DNA of 33,899 nt from Verrucomicrobiota bacterium (GCA_028872685.1 JAPKEI010000002.1:1-33899), one strand, 5' to 3'. Shown: positions 1-9,692, numbered from the stretch's first letter. Translations and numbers: made by a program. The notes: generated from the letters alone by a model not told the origin.

Positions 1-75
1 CGCCGCATGCTCAGCGCGGTTGCGACGCGCAAGCATGGAGCGTGAGCGAGGCGATTCGGGTATGGAAAATTTTGA

Positions 76-1677
76 ATGAACATGATTAATAAAACACAAA
101 TTGAATTTGAGGGAATCCTCGATGACTATTTCGAAGTTGCTTTGCGGGAGAACCCAGTTTGGGCGAATACGCTGGGCTTGCGCGCTGGAGAGGGGAAACT
201 GGGTGCCACCGGATTGGCGGTGGCCAAGCGGGGAGAGGGTCTTCGTAAGCGAACGCTGGACAAATTGGAACGACTGGCGGTCCATGAATTGAGCGCGGAG
301 CAGCATCTTGACCGCTTGGCATTGCGAGCGATGTTGTTGGCTGAATGTGAGGATTATGAACGCGGGGTACATCAGCTTGATCCGGATGCAGTGGATTATG
401 TGTTTGGCGTGCTGCTACATGAATTGCAACGGGGCGAGGATGAACCCGCCCGGGCCAAGCGCAATGTGCGCGGGTTGTTGAAGGAGACGCCGAAGTATCT
501 TACGGGGTCTGCGAAAATGATTGACCGGCCGGAGCGCGTTTGGCGGAAAATCATGCAGCAATCCGTCGCGGGTGCGCAGGCGTTGTTTGAGGCGGTGGAA
601 ACTTTTTTGGGGTCAAACGACGCAAAGTTGATTGCCTCCGCCCAGGGCGCGGTGGGGCGTTATCACGATGCGGTGATGGCGCGACCTTTGGCACCGCGCA
701 ATTCATTCGCGCTCGGCGCGGAGCGTTTGCAACGGCGTGTGAACGATGAGTTGGGGCTCGATTATACTTTGGGACAGGTAGAGGCCGTGGCGTTGGCGGA
801 GGCGGATCGGATTGGTGAGTTGTTGAAAGCAGCCTGCGCAAAGCATGCTAAAGGCAAATCAGCGGAGGCCATTATCGAAATGGCGCGCGCGAAATGGAAA
901 CCAGAAGGAGAATTATTGGCGGTGTATCGCTCGGAAACCAATCGTGTGGCAAAGGGGTTTAAGGTGGCTAAGGCGGTGACGTTTCCGAAGGGTGACGAAT
1001 TGCAGGTGCGGCTCGTGCCGGAGTTTATGCGACACTTGTATCCGACGGCAGCGTATTCATCGCCGGGGCCATTCGAGAAGCGTCAGCGCGGAATATTTTG
1101 GGTGAATGATTTGAGTCTTACCAAAACCACAGCGGCCGAGAAATTAGCAGAGGTGCAGCAGCACTTTGGGATTTCGCTCACGTCCGCACATGAGGCGTAT
1201 CCGGGGCATCATTTGCAATTCGTCACTGCCAACAACCACGCGCGCAAGTGGCGACCGCTGTTCGCGCACGCAGTCTTTTATGAAGGGTGGACGCTTTGGT
1301 GCGAGCAAATGATGACGGATCTGAAAATTGATAGATCGCCGTGGACCCACATCATCCAACTCCACGATGCTCTTTGGCGCGTGCATCGCATCCTCGTGGA
1401 TTTACGTTTGCAGTCGGGCCGTTACACATACGAGCAAGGCGTGAAGCATTTACAAAAGTTTGTGGGCTTTACCAAGGCCCGCGCCGAGGCGGATGTGAAC
1501 TGGTATACCAGCTCACCAGCTGTGCCGATGAGCTACTGGCTTGGCCGCTTAGAGAACGCGCGGCTGCACAAGCGCTTGGTGCAAGGCCGTGGCTGGAGCC
1601 TCAAACAGTTTAATGACTGGTTGCTTTCCTTCGGCACGCTACCGCAAAGTTGGCTTGAGAAGTACGGTCTCGATTGA
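76..1677 (+). CDS. DUF885-family protein (metallopeptidase-like, function unknown)
   Basis: 533-aa ORF with ATG at 76. It carries HEAYPGHHLQF (HExxPGHH), which I recognise as the DUF885 family signature. Confidence 0.75.
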   Translation: MNMINKTQIEFEGILDDYFEVALRENPVWANTLGLRAGEGKLGATGLAVAKRGEGLRKRTLDKLERLAVHELSAEQHLDRLALRAMLLAECEDYERGVHQLDPDAVDYVFGVLLHELQRGEDEPARAKRNVRGLLKETPKYLTGSAKMIDRPERVWRKIMQQSVAGAQALFEAVETFLGSNDAKLIASAQGAVGRYHDAVMARPLAPRNSFALGAERLQRRVNDELGLDYTLGQVEAVALAEADRIGELLKAACAKHAKGKSAEAIIEMARAKWKPEGELLAVYRSETNRVAKGFKVAKAVTFPKGDELQVRLVPEFMRHLYPTAAYSSPGPFEKRQRGIFWVNDLSLTKTTAAEKLAEVQQHFGISLTSAHEAYPGHHLQFVTANNHARKWRPLFAHAVFYEGWTLWCEQMMTDLKIDRSPWTHIIQLHDALWRVHRILVDLRLQSGRYTYEQGVKHLQKFVGFTKARAEADVNWYTSSPAVPMSYWLGRLENARLHKRLVQGRGWSLKQFNDWLLSFGTLPQSWLEKYGLD

Positions 1678-1730
1678 GTTTGTCTGATTTTTGGCTCGCA
1701 ACTGGCGTACATTTTGACATCTTCCCGCGC

Positions 1731-3461
1731 ATGGAATTACTGCCATTTGGAGATCTCGCCCCATACAAGCCGCGTGCCTTTGTGCCAGCGGACCTCAAGC
1801 TCGACAGCTGGGAAGCCATCGAGCCGTTTTTCAACCAACTGGCTGAGCGCATCGTTGGCTGCGAATCTGTGGCCGATCTGGAGGCGTGGATCCTGGAGGT
1901 CAGCGAATTAAGCGCGATACTCGATGAAGATGGCTCGCGCCGTTACATCGCCATGACCTGTCACACGTCTAATGAGCACGCGAAAAAAGGCTACCTTGAT
2001 TTTGTGGAGAACATCGAGCCGGGCCTGAAGGAGGGCTTCTTTCAGTTATCCAAATTATTTGTAGAACATCCCCAGCGCGGCAATCTTCCGGAAGCACGCT
2101 ACGAAGTGCTTGATCGTGATTGGGCGTCGTACGTGGAATTATTTCGCGAAGAAAACGTACCGCTGGAAACGCAGGAGACTAAACTCGGCCAGGAGTATCA
2201 GGAAATGATGGGCGCGTTGACGGTTGATTTTCAGGGTGAGGAAAAGACGCTTGTGCAGATGGGTGTGTATTTGCAGGAAAACGATCGTGCGCTACGGCAG
2301 GAAGCGTGGGAACTCGTCGCCAACAAACGTCTCGAAGTGGCGGATGCGTGTGATGAGCAGTTTGAAAAGCTGATGGCACTGCGTGTGCAAATCTCGGCCA
2401 ACGCGGGCTTTAAGGATTACCGCGAGTTCAAGCATGTCTCGAAGGGACGTTTTGATTATCAGCCGGACGATTGCTTTAAATTCCATGAAGCGGTGGAGAC
2501 ACTGGTGATGCCGCTTTACAATGAACTGCTTGCTGAGCGGGGCGAGCAAATGAAACTTGATAGTTTGCGTCCGTGGGACACCGGCGTGGATCCGATGGGT
2601 CGCGCCCCGCTCAAGCCTTTCACTGATGTGGATGACATGGTTGCCCGCACCAAAAATATTTTTAATCACGTCGATGACGAATTGGCCGGCGGCTTCCAGA
2701 CGATGCGCGATCACAAGTTGCTTGATCTTGCCAATCGCAAAGGCAAAGCGCCCGGCGGGTACCAGAGTAGTCTGCCCGAGGCGCGCTTGCCGTTTATTTT
2801 CATGAACGCTGTGGGTTTGCAGCGTGATGTGGAAACGCTTCTGCACGAGGCCGGTCACGCCTTCCACACGCTCGCCGCTCAGAAGGAGGATATTCATCAT
2901 TATCAACACGCGCCGCTTGAATTTTGTGAAGTGGCCTCGATGAGCATGGAGTTAATCGGCAACGAGCATCTCGAAGAATTTTATGGTGAAGAAGAAGCCG
3001 CCCGCGCTCGCCGCGAACATCTCGAAGGCATTATTACAATCTTCCCATGGATCGCCACCGTCGATGCCTTCCAGCATTGGATTTATACCCACCCCGATCA
3101 CACCCGTGCCGAGCGTGATGCCCAATGGATGGAACTGCGCACGCGCTTTGGTGGCGATATTGACTGGACTGGTCACGAGCAGTCCCACCTCAAGCTTTGG
3201 CATCGGCAGTTGCACATTTTTCTCATCCCGTTTTATTACATCGAATACGGTATTGCGCAGCTTGGTGCGTTGTGGGTTTGGAAAAACAGCAAAGGCGATC
3301 GTGCCAAAGCACTGGCCGACTACAAAAACGCCCTCGCGCTGGGCGGCTCGCGGCCATTGCCGGAGTTGTTTCAAGCGGCCGGCGCGCCCTTTAGTTTCGA
3401 TACCGAAGCCTTCAAGCCGCTGATTGAACTGGTGCAAACCGAGTTGGCTGCGTTAAAGTAA
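1731..3461 (+). CDS. M3-family oligoendopeptidase (PepF-like zinc metallopeptidase)
   Basis: The track ORF 1674..3461 begins at a TTG; the first in-frame ATG is at 1731 (MELLPFGDL...). It has the HEAGHAFH zinc motif (HExxH), and the length and overall sequence are typical of oligoendopeptidase F-like M3 enzymes. Confidence 0.85.
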   Translation: MELLPFGDLAPYKPRAFVPADLKLDSWEAIEPFFNQLAERIVGCESVADLEAWILEVSELSAILDEDGSRRYIAMTCHTSNEHAKKGYLDFVENIEPGLKEGFFQLSKLFVEHPQRGNLPEARYEVLDRDWASYVELFREENVPLETQETKLGQEYQEMMGALTVDFQGEEKTLVQMGVYLQENDRALRQEAWELVANKRLEVADACDEQFEKLMALRVQISANAGFKDYREFKHVSKGRFDYQPDDCFKFHEAVETLVMPLYNELLAERGEQMKLDSLRPWDTGVDPMGRAPLKPFTDVDDMVARTKNIFNHVDDELAGGFQTMRDHKLLDLANRKGKAPGGYQSSLPEARLPFIFMNAVGLQRDVETLLHEAGHAFHTLAAQKEDIHHYQHAPLEFCEVASMSMELIGNEHLEEFYGEEEAARARREHLEGIITIFPWIATVDAFQHWIYTHPDHTRAERDAQWMELRTRFGGDIDWTGHEQSHLKLWHRQLHIFLIPFYYIEYGIAQLGALWVWKNSKGDRAKALADYKNALALGGSRPLPELFQAAGAPFSFDTEAFKPLIELVQTELAALK

Positions 3462-3464
3462 CGC

Positions 3465-4367
3465 GTGCTTGATGACAGGCCATATATGCGTGAGCCGGAT
3501 TGGCGTCCGGAAACCACGCACGGCGGAACCCCAATGTGGGGATGGCTCATTATTGCCAATGTGCTCTGTTACGCATTGCAGCAAACGATTTTCGAGGATT
3601 ACGGGTTCCTTCCGAAACTCGTATTGAGTCCAGACTTGTTGGAGCAAGGGCACGTTTATCAGTTGCTAACGTTTCAGTTTTTGCACGGCGGCCTCTTCCA
3701 CATCATCATCAACTGCCTAATGATATGGATGATTGGAAAACCCATTGAAGAGGCACTAGGAAAACGGCGGTTGCTTTCTCTGTATCTACTTTCCGGCATT
3801 GCGGGTGGTTTGATCCAGTGCGGCTTAGCTTGGACAGAAATTAATCCCACCGGCGGGGTGGTCGGCGCATCGGCCGGTGTGTTCGGGCTAATTGCGGCTT
3901 TTGCGCTTTTGCAGTGGAACCGCGAGATGACCATTTTGTTGATGTTCATCATCCCTGTGCGTATTCGCGCAAAATATTTACTCATCGCGCTGGCCGTTAT
4001 TGGTTTTCTGGGGGTGCTTAGTCAGCGGCAAGACGTCACTGGGCAAGGTTCGCTTGTGGCGCACGGGGCGCACTTGGGTGGATTGCTTGGAGGAGTGTTT
4101 TTCATTCTCGCCTTTGTGCAGGGCGGCACTTGGGCGGGCGCGGAACCGTGGTGGCAGCGGGTTTCGGAGCGTTGGAATGAACGCAAAGTGGTGACCATCG
4201 ATGGCGGTGCTCGGGCTTATCCGCGAGATCGCTCGAGCGGAAAGGCCCAGAAAGTTGAGTTCGTGGAGGAAAACATCGACACCATTCTCGACAAAATTTC
4301 TGAAAAGGGAATGAATAGCCTCACCGACAAGGAACGCGCGGTGCTCGACAAAGCTGCCAAAAAATAG
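3465..4367 (+). CDS. Rhomboid-family intramembrane serine protease with C-terminal soluble extension
   Basis: Multi-pass hydrophobic protein with FLHGGLFHIIINC, the catalytic-Ser motif GASAGVFG and the catalytic-His motif AHLGGLLGG. The start is GTG at 3465, with an alternative ATG at 3486. The charged C-terminal tail (about 90 aa) is non-membrane. Confidence 0.8.
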   Translation: MLDDRPYMREPDWRPETTHGGTPMWGWLIIANVLCYALQQTIFEDYGFLPKLVLSPDLLEQGHVYQLLTFQFLHGGLFHIIINCLMIWMIGKPIEEALGKRRLLSLYLLSGIAGGLIQCGLAWTEINPTGGVVGASAGVFGLIAAFALLQWNREMTILLMFIIPVRIRAKYLLIALAVIGFLGVLSQRQDVTGQGSLVAHGAHLGGLLGGVFFILAFVQGGTWAGAEPWWQRVSERWNERKVVTIDGGARAYPRDRSSGKAQKVEFVEENIDTILDKISEKGMNSLTDKERAVLDKAAKK

Positions 4368-4421
4368 TCGTTAGCGACTTGCGCTCGACGCGACCCGCCT
4401 CCTGTTTTATTCTCACCCCAG

Positions 4422-5756
4422 ATGATACCGCGCTATTCACGCCCCGAGATGCGGGCAATTTGGACTGACGAAAACAAGCTCGACCTCTGGCTACAAATCG
4501 AGCTGCACGCCAGCGAGGCTCTGGTGAAGGAGGGCATTGTGCCTAAAGCCGACTTCGTAAAAATGAAGGCGGGCGCGAAGAAATGCTTCGCCAATCTCCC
4601 TGCACTCGTGCGGCGGCAGAAAAAACTCGAGCGCACGCTCAATCACGATGTTATCGGTTTCACCACAGCGGTGGCTGAGAAAATCAATCACAAGGCCAGT
4701 CGTTGGCTGCATTTTGGGCTGACTTCCAGCGATATTGTGGACACCGCGTTTGCCGCGCAAATGAAACAGAGTGCTGAAATTCTCATCGCTGATGTGAAGA
4801 AAGTCCGGAAGTCCATCGCCAAGCAAGCGCGCAAACATAAATTCACCGTTTGCATTGGGCGCAGCCACGGCATCCAAGCTGAGCCCACCACCTTCGGGCT
4901 GAAGATGGCGCTGATGTATGATGAATTTGGCCGCGCACTTTCACGACTGGAACGCTGCAAAGAAGTGGCCTCCATTGGTAAACTCTCCGGCGCGGTTGGT
5001 ACCAACGCGCATTTGCCGCCGCGCGTGGAGAATTATGTTTGCAAAAAGCTCGGGCTCAAAGTCGCTCCGCTCGCCACGCAAGTTGTGCAGCGTGATAACC
5101 ACGCAGAGTTTCTGAACGCCATCGCCGTGGTCGGTGCCAGCATCGAGCGCTGGGCGGTGGAATTCCGTCACTTGCAACGCACCGAGGTGCTTGAGGCTGA
5201 GGAGCCCTTCACCAAAGGTCAAAAGGGCAGCAGTGCCATGCCGCACAAGCGCAACCCCATCACGTGGGAACGTCTCAGCGGTCTCTCCCGAGTTCTTCGC
5301 GGCAACGCATTGGCCGCTATGGAAAATGTTGCCCTTTGGCACGAACGCGACATCTCCCACAGCAGCGTCGAGCGTATTATTTTCCCGGATTCCTGCACTC
5401 TGCTCGATTATATGTTTTCATTACTCGAACGCATGATGGATGGCCTGAATGTATATCCGAAAAACATGCAAAAAAATCTAGGCCTAAGCCTCGGGATGTG
5501 GAACAGCCAAACTGTCCTACTCGCCCTCATCCGCAAGGGCCTCACGCGAGAGGCGGCCTATTCTCTGGTGCAAAGCGCGGCGATGGAAACGTGGGCGGTA
5601 AAACACGCCGGTCGTGATGACGCCAATTTCCTCGACCAACTGATGGCCGACTCCAACGTGGCAAAGCATTTTAAAGCCAGTGAGCTGGAAAGATTGTGCT
5701 CTGTGGAGTTCCACCAAAAACACATCAACGCGCGCTTCAAGAAGCTCGGGCTCTAA
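4422..5756 (+). CDS. purB: Adenylosuccinate lyase
   Basis: 444 aa with the fumarate-lyase superfamily signature GSSAMPHKRNP. It shows end-to-end PurB-like sequence. Confidence 0.95.
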   Translation: MIPRYSRPEMRAIWTDENKLDLWLQIELHASEALVKEGIVPKADFVKMKAGAKKCFANLPALVRRQKKLERTLNHDVIGFTTAVAEKINHKASRWLHFGLTSSDIVDTAFAAQMKQSAEILIADVKKVRKSIAKQARKHKFTVCIGRSHGIQAEPTTFGLKMALMYDEFGRALSRLERCKEVASIGKLSGAVGTNAHLPPRVENYVCKKLGLKVAPLATQVVQRDNHAEFLNAIAVVGASIERWAVEFRHLQRTEVLEAEEPFTKGQKGSSAMPHKRNPITWERLSGLSRVLRGNALAAMENVALWHERDISHSSVERIIFPDSCTLLDYMFSLLERMMDGLNVYPKNMQKNLGLSLGMWNSQTVLLALIRKGLTREAAYSLVQSAAMETWAVKHAGRDDANFLDQLMADSNVAKHFKASELERLCSVEFHQKHINARFKKLGL

Positions 5757-6652
5757 TTTTTCCGATTCAATAAATATCCCGCGAGGGCCTCTAGCGCGAT
5801 GGCCTTGCCTTTAAAGGGTTTGAGGGCGGCGAAAGCTTTGGTGGTTAATTGTTCGGCAATTTTCTTTGATTTTTCCAAACCGACAATCGCGGGGTAGGTG
5901 GCCTTGGCCGCAGCTTGATCTTTGCCGGCGGTTTTTCCAAGTTGCTGGGTGGTCTGGGTGACATCGAGAATGTCGTCAATCACTTGGAATGCTAGCCCTA
6001 CATGATAACCAAAATCAGTGAGCGCCTTGAGTTGGGTTGGCGTGCAGTTGGCACTCATTCCTCCGAGGCGCACGGAGCAAGTGAGCAGCGCGCTGGTTTT
6101 GCGTTCGTGGATGTAGCGCAGTTGGGGGAGGGTGAGTTGTTTGCTTTCGCCTTCGAGATCGGCTACTTGTCCGGCAATGAGTTGCAGTGAACCGGCTGTT
6201 TCTGTGAGTTCGGCAATCAGTGTTGCGTGGGGATAACGCGGCCAACCACGAGCTTTGGCGGCGATTTCAAATGCCTGTGTGAGCAGCGCGTCACCCGCGA
6301 GAATGGCGATACCTTCGCCATAAACTTTATGGCTGGTGGGGCGACCACGCCGGAAATCGTCGTTGTCCATCGAGGGTAAATCATCGTGGACGAGTGAATA
6401 GGTGTGGATGCATTCCACGGCACAGGCCAACGGCATGGCATCACCCAACTTGCCGTTACAGGCCTCCGCAGCGGCGAAGGTGAGCAGCGGACGGATACGT
6501 TTCCCGCCTGCAAACAGGCTGTATCGCATTGCCTGGTGGAGGGTGGCGGGCTTGGTGCGTGCGGTGGGGAGGTAATGGCCGAGGGCAGTATCCACCTGTT
6601 TGGCCCGTTGACGGGAGTATTTCTTGAGCTCAAATGCGCGGTTTTCGGACAC
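5753..6652 (-). CDS. ispA: Polyprenyl diphosphate synthase (farnesyl/geranylgeranyl diphosphate synthase)
   Basis: First Asp-rich motif VHDDLPSMDNDDFRRGRPT and second Asp-rich motif FQVIDDILD. GTG start at 6652. Its stop overlaps the purB stop on the opposite strand. Confidence 0.85.
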   Translation of the reverse strand: MSENRAFELKKYSRQRAKQVDTALGHYLPTARTKPATLHQAMRYSLFAGGKRIRPLLTFAAAEACNGKLGDAMPLACAVECIHTYSLVHDDLPSMDNDDFRRGRPTSHKVYGEGIAILAGDALLTQAFEIAAKARGWPRYPHATLIAELTETAGSLQLIAGQVADLEGESKQLTLPQLRYIHERKTSALLTCSVRLGGMSANCTPTQLKALTDFGYHVGLAFQVIDDILDVTQTTQQLGKTAGKDQAAAKATYPAIVGLEKSKKIAEQLTTKAFAALKPFKGKAIALEALAGYLLNRKN

Positions 6653-6742
6653 GCGAGGGTTTTAATGCCTGTAGGCTGCGGCGGCAATGCCCGATTTTCT
6701 GCTTGCACCTCCGGCTGGAGCCTGTATTTTCCATTCCCTTTA

Positions 6743-6985
6743 ATGAATACAGAACTTTGCAATGAAGCCGTGACTTTGGTCGGGAACCCTAACATTCTTG
6801 TTAATCTTGTATCCGCACGCGTACGCCAGCTCAATTCCGGCTCCAGTCGCCCACTGATCGACAATCCGTTGCTCGGTTCGGCCGACATGGCACTTACGGA
6901 GTTGGTGGAAAAGAAAATGGAGTTTTCCATTCTTGATGAAGAGATGGCCTCCGAGGTGAAAAAAGCCAAGAAGCGCCGCAAATAA
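6743..6985 (+). CDS. rpoZ: DNA-directed RNA polymerase subunit omega
   Basis: This is the C-terminal 80 aa of track ORF 6404..6985, starting at ATG 6743; the upstream part of that ORF is antisense to ispA. The sequence NPNILVNLVSARVRQLNSG...ALTELVEKKM resembles the omega core (NRY.LV..AAKRARQL ... AL.EI..GK). Confidence 0.65.
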   Translation: MNTELCNEAVTLVGNPNILVNLVSARVRQLNSGSSRPLIDNPLLGSADMALTELVEKKMEFSILDEEMASEVKKAKKRRK

Positions 6986-7030
6986 CCGGCGCTCCAGATT
7001 TTGTTGGCCGGATTTATTCCGGCCTTTTTT

Positions 7031-7507
7031 ATGCCTGCCAAAAAAGACAGCACGGACATCATTACCAACTCTAAGGCGCGTCGGGATTATGAAATCATCG
7101 AGACGCTTGAAGCGGGGTTGGTACTGCGTGGCACCGAAGTGAAATCGCTCCGCGCCGGCAAAGGTCAAATCCGGGAAGCCTTCGCACGCGTGGATAATCA
7201 TGGTCAGCTATGGCTGATGAATTGTCACATCGACGAATATACCCACGGCAACCGGCACAACCACGAACCGACGGCCTCGCGTCGTTTGTTGTTGCATCGC
7301 CGCCAAATCGACCGTTTGCAGGGGTTGACCCAAGCCAAAGGGTTGTCCATTTTGCCGCTCAAACTTTACTGGAAGGACGGGCTGGTAAAAGTCTTGCTTG
7401 GCATCGGCCAAGGCAAGCGCAAGGGTGACAAGCGTGAAACCATAAAGAAACGCGAAAGCGATCGCAGTCTCCGGCGAGTGATGATGCACTCGATAAAGGG
7501 TCGATGA
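7031..7507 (+). CDS. smpB: SsrA-binding protein
   Basis: NSKARRDYEIIETLEAGLVLRGTEVKSLR...RRLLLHRRQIDRL...LSILPLKLYWKDGLVKVLLGIGQGKRKGDKRE is a canonical SmpB sequence. The likely start is ATG 7031, not the track start at 7001. Confidence 0.95.
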   Translation: MPAKKDSTDIITNSKARRDYEIIETLEAGLVLRGTEVKSLRAGKGQIREAFARVDNHGQLWLMNCHIDEYTHGNRHNHEPTASRRLLLHRRQIDRLQGLTQAKGLSILPLKLYWKDGLVKVLLGIGQGKRKGDKRETIKKRESDRSLRRVMMHSIKGR

Positions 7508-7513
7508 TGGCAC

Positions 7514-7550
7514 AAAAAAACGCGACTGCTTCCAGTCGCGTTTCAAATTT
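7514..7550. terminator. Bidirectional intrinsic terminator between convergent smpB and rpmB
   Basis: There is a perfect 11-bp stem AAACGCGACTG / CAGTCGCGTTT (7518-7528 / 7533-7543) with loop CTTC. It is flanked by an A7 run (7514-7520, read as a T-run on the minus strand after rpmB) and by TTTCAAATTTTCT on the plus strand after smpB. Confidence 0.7.
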
Positions 7551-7564
7551 TCTGGGGCGTAAGG

Positions 7565-7831
7565 TTACGCCTTCTTTTCAGGTTTCTTCCAATTACGCTT
7601 GGGCGCTTTGGTGATGAGTCCCTTCTTGATGGCACTCGCGGCCACGCGGACATATTTCACCGTGCCATTCTCGGTGATGATTTTCACGCGCTGAAGATTC
7701 GGGATGAACAGGCGCTTATTAACCTTTGTGACGTGACGGCCAATGCCGCCTTCCTTTTTCGCCTTACCGCTGCGGGAAATAGTGCCGCCCACGTGCGGGC
7801 GTTTTCCGGTGATTTTGCATACTCTAGCCAT
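7565..7831 (-). CDS. rpmB: 50S ribosomal protein L28
   Basis: 88 aa. MARVCKITGKRPHVGGTISRSGKAKKEGGIGRHVTK..RLFIPNLQ is a typical L28 N-terminus. Confidence 0.9.
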   Translation of the reverse strand: MARVCKITGKRPHVGGTISRSGKAKKEGGIGRHVTKVNKRLFIPNLQRVKIITENGTVKYVRVAASAIKKGLITKAPKRNWKKPEKKA

Positions 7832-7901
7832 AATATTTTTCCCTTACGGGGCGCGGAGAATACCAGTCCAAGGCGAACTGGCAAGCCCTATTTATGTGTT
7901 T

Positions 7902-9692
7902 TCATAGGGTTCTTTCGGCAATTGCGATTTTTATCTCCGCCAAGGCCAGCTCCAGCGGCTTGACGCCTTGGTCGCCTTGGCCGTGAATTCGGAGGGCAAC
8001 GCTGTCGGATTCCTGTTCTTTTTTGCCAAGCACGAGCATCGTGTGGACTTTATTCATCTCGGCATCGCGGATTTTGCCGCCGATTTTGTTGCCAGAAAAA
8101 TCCGCGCCGCAACGGATGCCGGCGGTTTTAAGTTGGTCTAAGATTTGCCCGGCGTACTCATTTTGATGCTCGGTGATGGGCAACACACGCACTTGCTCGG
8201 GCGCAAGCCATAGTGGGAAGTTGCCGGCAAAGTGCTCGATGAGAATGCCCATGAACCGCTCGAAGCTACCAAAAGGAGCGCGGTGGATCATCACGGGTTG
8301 GTGGGGGGCATTGTCCGCGCCAATGTATTCGAGGCCGAAGCGTTCGGGGAGATTGTAATCAAGCTGTACGGTGCCGAGCTGCCATTCGCGCCCCAGGCAA
8401 TCCTTCACCATAAAATCAAGCTTCGGCCCGTAAAATGCTGCTTCGCCGGTCACGGTTTCGTGTGGGATATTCATATCCGTCGCCACGCGCGCGAGCGTTG
8501 CCTCGGCGGCGTCCCAGTGGGCGGGGCTGCCGGTGTACTTGTCGCTGCCCGGTTCGCGCAGGCTCACTTGTACGCGAAAATCCTCGAGACCGAGGGTCTT
8601 CAGTGTTTTGAGTGTGAGATCAACCGTATCGCGCATCTCCGCTTCCACCTGTTCCTGCATACAAAAAAGATGGGCATCATCCTGCGTGAGCCCACGCACG
8701 CGCGTCATACCGCTCAGCTCGCCGCTTTGTTCATAGCGATACACCGTGCCGAACTCCGCCAGCCGAATGGGCAGCTCGCGGTAGCTGTGTTTCTGCGCCG
8801 CATAAATCTGGATGTGATGCGGGCAATTCATCGGCTTAAGGAGGTATTCCTCGTTTTCATCCACTTGGATGGTCGGGTACTGGCTCTCTTTGTAAAACGG
8901 AAAATGCCCGGACTTTTTATAAAGCTCAATGCTTCCGATATGCGGTGTGAAGACAGGATTGTATCCGCGCTGAGTCAGCTCGCCCTGCATGAAATTTTGC
9001 AACTCTGAGCGCACGATGCCGCCCTTGGGCATCCATAGCACTAACCCTTGGCCCACTAATGGCGATAGGGTGAAGAGTCCCTGTTCGCGGCCAATTTTGC
9101 GGTGGTCGCGCTTCGCTGCCTCCTCGCGCATCTCGAGCCATTCGTTGAGCTGCGTTTTGTTTTTAAACGCAGTCCCATAAATGCGCTGCAACTGCGGGTT
9201 TTTTTCGTTGCCACGATAATACGCCGCCGCCAGCCGCAGCAATTTGAAAGCCTTCACATTCCCCGTTCGCGGCACGTGCGGTCCGGCGCAAAGGTCGGAG
9301 AATTCTCCATTGCGAAAAAACGTGATGGTTTCTCCCTCCGGAATGTCATCTATTCGCTCCAGTTTGAAGGGCTGATCCAGCTTCGCGTAATGCGCCTTGG
9401 CCTGCTCGCGCGTCTTTTCGGAAACCTCAAAGGTCTGGTTTTCCTTTACCACTTTCTTCATCACCGCCTCGATTTTCTCAAAATCATCAGGCGTGAACCG
9501 ATGCTCCAAGTCGAAGTCATAATAAAACCCTTCATCCGTCGGCGGCCCAATATCCAGTTTCGCCTCCGGCCAAATCCTCAGCACCGCCGTGGCCAGCACG
9601 TGCGCACACGAATGCCGAATCCGCGACAGTCCGTCCATTTCCCGACGCTCTTCCAGCGTCTTCCGTTCCACCTCAGTCTTAGCACCTTCCAT
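7902..9692 (-). CDS. thrS: Threonine--tRNA ligase (no N-terminal TGS domain)
   Basis: 596 aa. It has the editing-domain motif IRHSCAHVLA near the N-terminus, class II catalytic core motifs (KPMNCPHH, RVRGLTQDDAHLFC, GTVQLDYNLPERF) and a C-terminal anticodon-binding domain. Confidence 0.95.
   Translation of the reverse strand: MEGAKTEVERKTLEERREMDGLSRIRHSCAHVLATAVLRIWPEAKLDIGPPTDEGFYYDFDLEHRFTPDDFEKIEAVMKKVVKENQTFEVSEKTREQAKAHYAKLDQPFKLERIDDIPEGETITFFRNGEFSDLCAGPHVPRTGNVKAFKLLRLAAAYYRGNEKNPQLQRIYGTAFKNKTQLNEWLEMREEAAKRDHRKIGREQGLFTLSPLVGQGLVLWMPKGGIVRSELQNFMQGELTQRGYNPVFTPHIGSIELYKKSGHFPFYKESQYPTIQVDENEEYLLKPMNCPHHIQIYAAQKHSYRELPIRLAEFGTVYRYEQSGELSGMTRVRGLTQDDAHLFCMQEQVEAEMRDTVDLTLKTLKTLGLEDFRVQVSLREPGSDKYTGSPAHWDAAEATLARVATDMNIPHETVTGEAAFYGPKLDFMVKDCLGREWQLGTVQLDYNLPERFGLEYIGADNAPHQPVMIHRAPFGSFERFMGILIEHFAGNFPLWLAPEQVRVLPITEHQNEYAGQILDQLKTAGIRCGADFSGNKIGGKIRDAEMNKVHTMLVLGKKEQESDSVALRIHGQGDQGVKPLELALAEIKIAIAERTL

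Noticed and set aside
6-38. An imperfect inverted repeat CATGCTCAGCGCG ... CGCGCAAGCATG at the window start, with a possible upstream gene ending at TGA 43-45.
   Set aside because: The stem has a bulge, no T-run follows, and the putative upstream gene is represented by only 14 codons. Neither can be supported.
1674-1730. N-terminal extensions of several track ORFs that start at TTG/GTG: 1674, 7001, 15521, 21239, 22564, 24991, 26570, 30029 and 31339.
   Set aside because: In each case a downstream ATG gives an N-terminus matching the family (or a clean signal peptide) and removes the overlap with the preceding gene. The extensions are treated as non-coding.
5753-5756. Convergent purB and ispA overlap at their stop codons, leaving no room for a terminator.
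   Set aside because: This is real but trivial. Such overlaps are common in compact genomes and imply nothing specific.
6703-6730. A sigma70-like promoter candidate TTGCAC-N16-TATTTT upstream of rpoZ.
   Set aside because: The match is reasonable, but it would leave an almost leaderless mRNA (ATG at 6743). The promoter consensus of this presumably non-proteobacterial lineage is unknown, so it is not supportable as a feature.
7508-7564. A possible tmRNA (ssrA) gene next to smpB.
   Set aside because: Only 57 nt separate smpB from rpmB, and they are fully explained by a terminator hairpin. There is no tRNA-like acceptor end or tag-reading-frame candidate.
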